Of a DNA stretch of 64,000 nt, positions 63,649-64,000 are shown in pieces (position 1 is the first letter of the stretch; each line of letters opens with the position of its first letter). This DNA is from Octopus sinensis (taxonomy: Eukaryota), in the NCBI RefSeq assembly GCF_006345805.1, contig NC_043017.1, positions 17,174,001-17,238,000 of the forward strand, written 5' to 3'. The position numbers and the translations under genes were made by a program. The notes under the pieces are model-generated. The model was not told the origin of the DNA, made no database searches, and saw nothing but the letters and a program-made list of their open reading frames with translations.

Positions 63649-64000
63649 GATATCAGATGAGGACGACTTTACCAAAGAAGGTTACAAGCTGAGGAGGCGA
63701 GTACATAAAATAAGGTATGGACAAAAATTAGTGTCAGTTGGGAGAAATGAGATCAAATGTAAAAAAAAAAAGTAGGTGCTAATACTGAATTCGGGAACAG
63801 TCTATCTTGTTCATTTTAGTCATGTGCTCTACTTTTGTTTTGATATAAGTCTGGGTACTAACGGTAAAGTAAGGCAATTGTGTTGACGAATCCTTGAGTC
63901 TTCTGATTATCTCTCCACTTCTCATGTGGAGCTGGTCTTTATTGCCATTTGGTAATTATGATACGACCTCGGGAAGCGAAGAACATTTTAATAAATCACA

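Overview
AT-rich, repeat-dense animal genomic DNA. The SINE families and microsatellite load suggest a coleoid cephalopod, probably Octopus; this is inferred from remembered repeat sequences, not from a search. One host gene is supported: two minus-strand coding exons (30326-30593 and 16181-16297) splice in frame across a 14,028-bp GT-AG intron and encode the N-terminus of an SLC16/monocarboxylate-transporter-like protein. The rest is tRNA-derived SINEs (several with target-site duplications), non-autonomous Helitrons, decayed Tc1/mariner elements and MITEs, an RTE-like LINE fragment and long (TA)n/(TG)n/(TAA)n arrays. Nearly all long ORFs in the ORF track are microsatellite artefacts. The standout is a set of hammerhead-ribozyme (HHR) motifs in non-coding, (TA)n-flanked fold-back repeats. 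The main one is a 2-kb palindromic array (26766-28734) of a ~488-bp unit with four complete type I HHR cores, each carrying an unusual ~58-nt structured extension in helix II. Two of these cores lie in the sense of the host pre-mRNA. At least two other families carry minimal HHRs (41806-41843, 21325-21416, 59485-59519). This resembles Penelope-like element ends or retrozymes. Copy numbers in the near-identical tandem duplications may be long-read assembly artefacts and need read-level checking. No ribozyme activity has been demonstrated.
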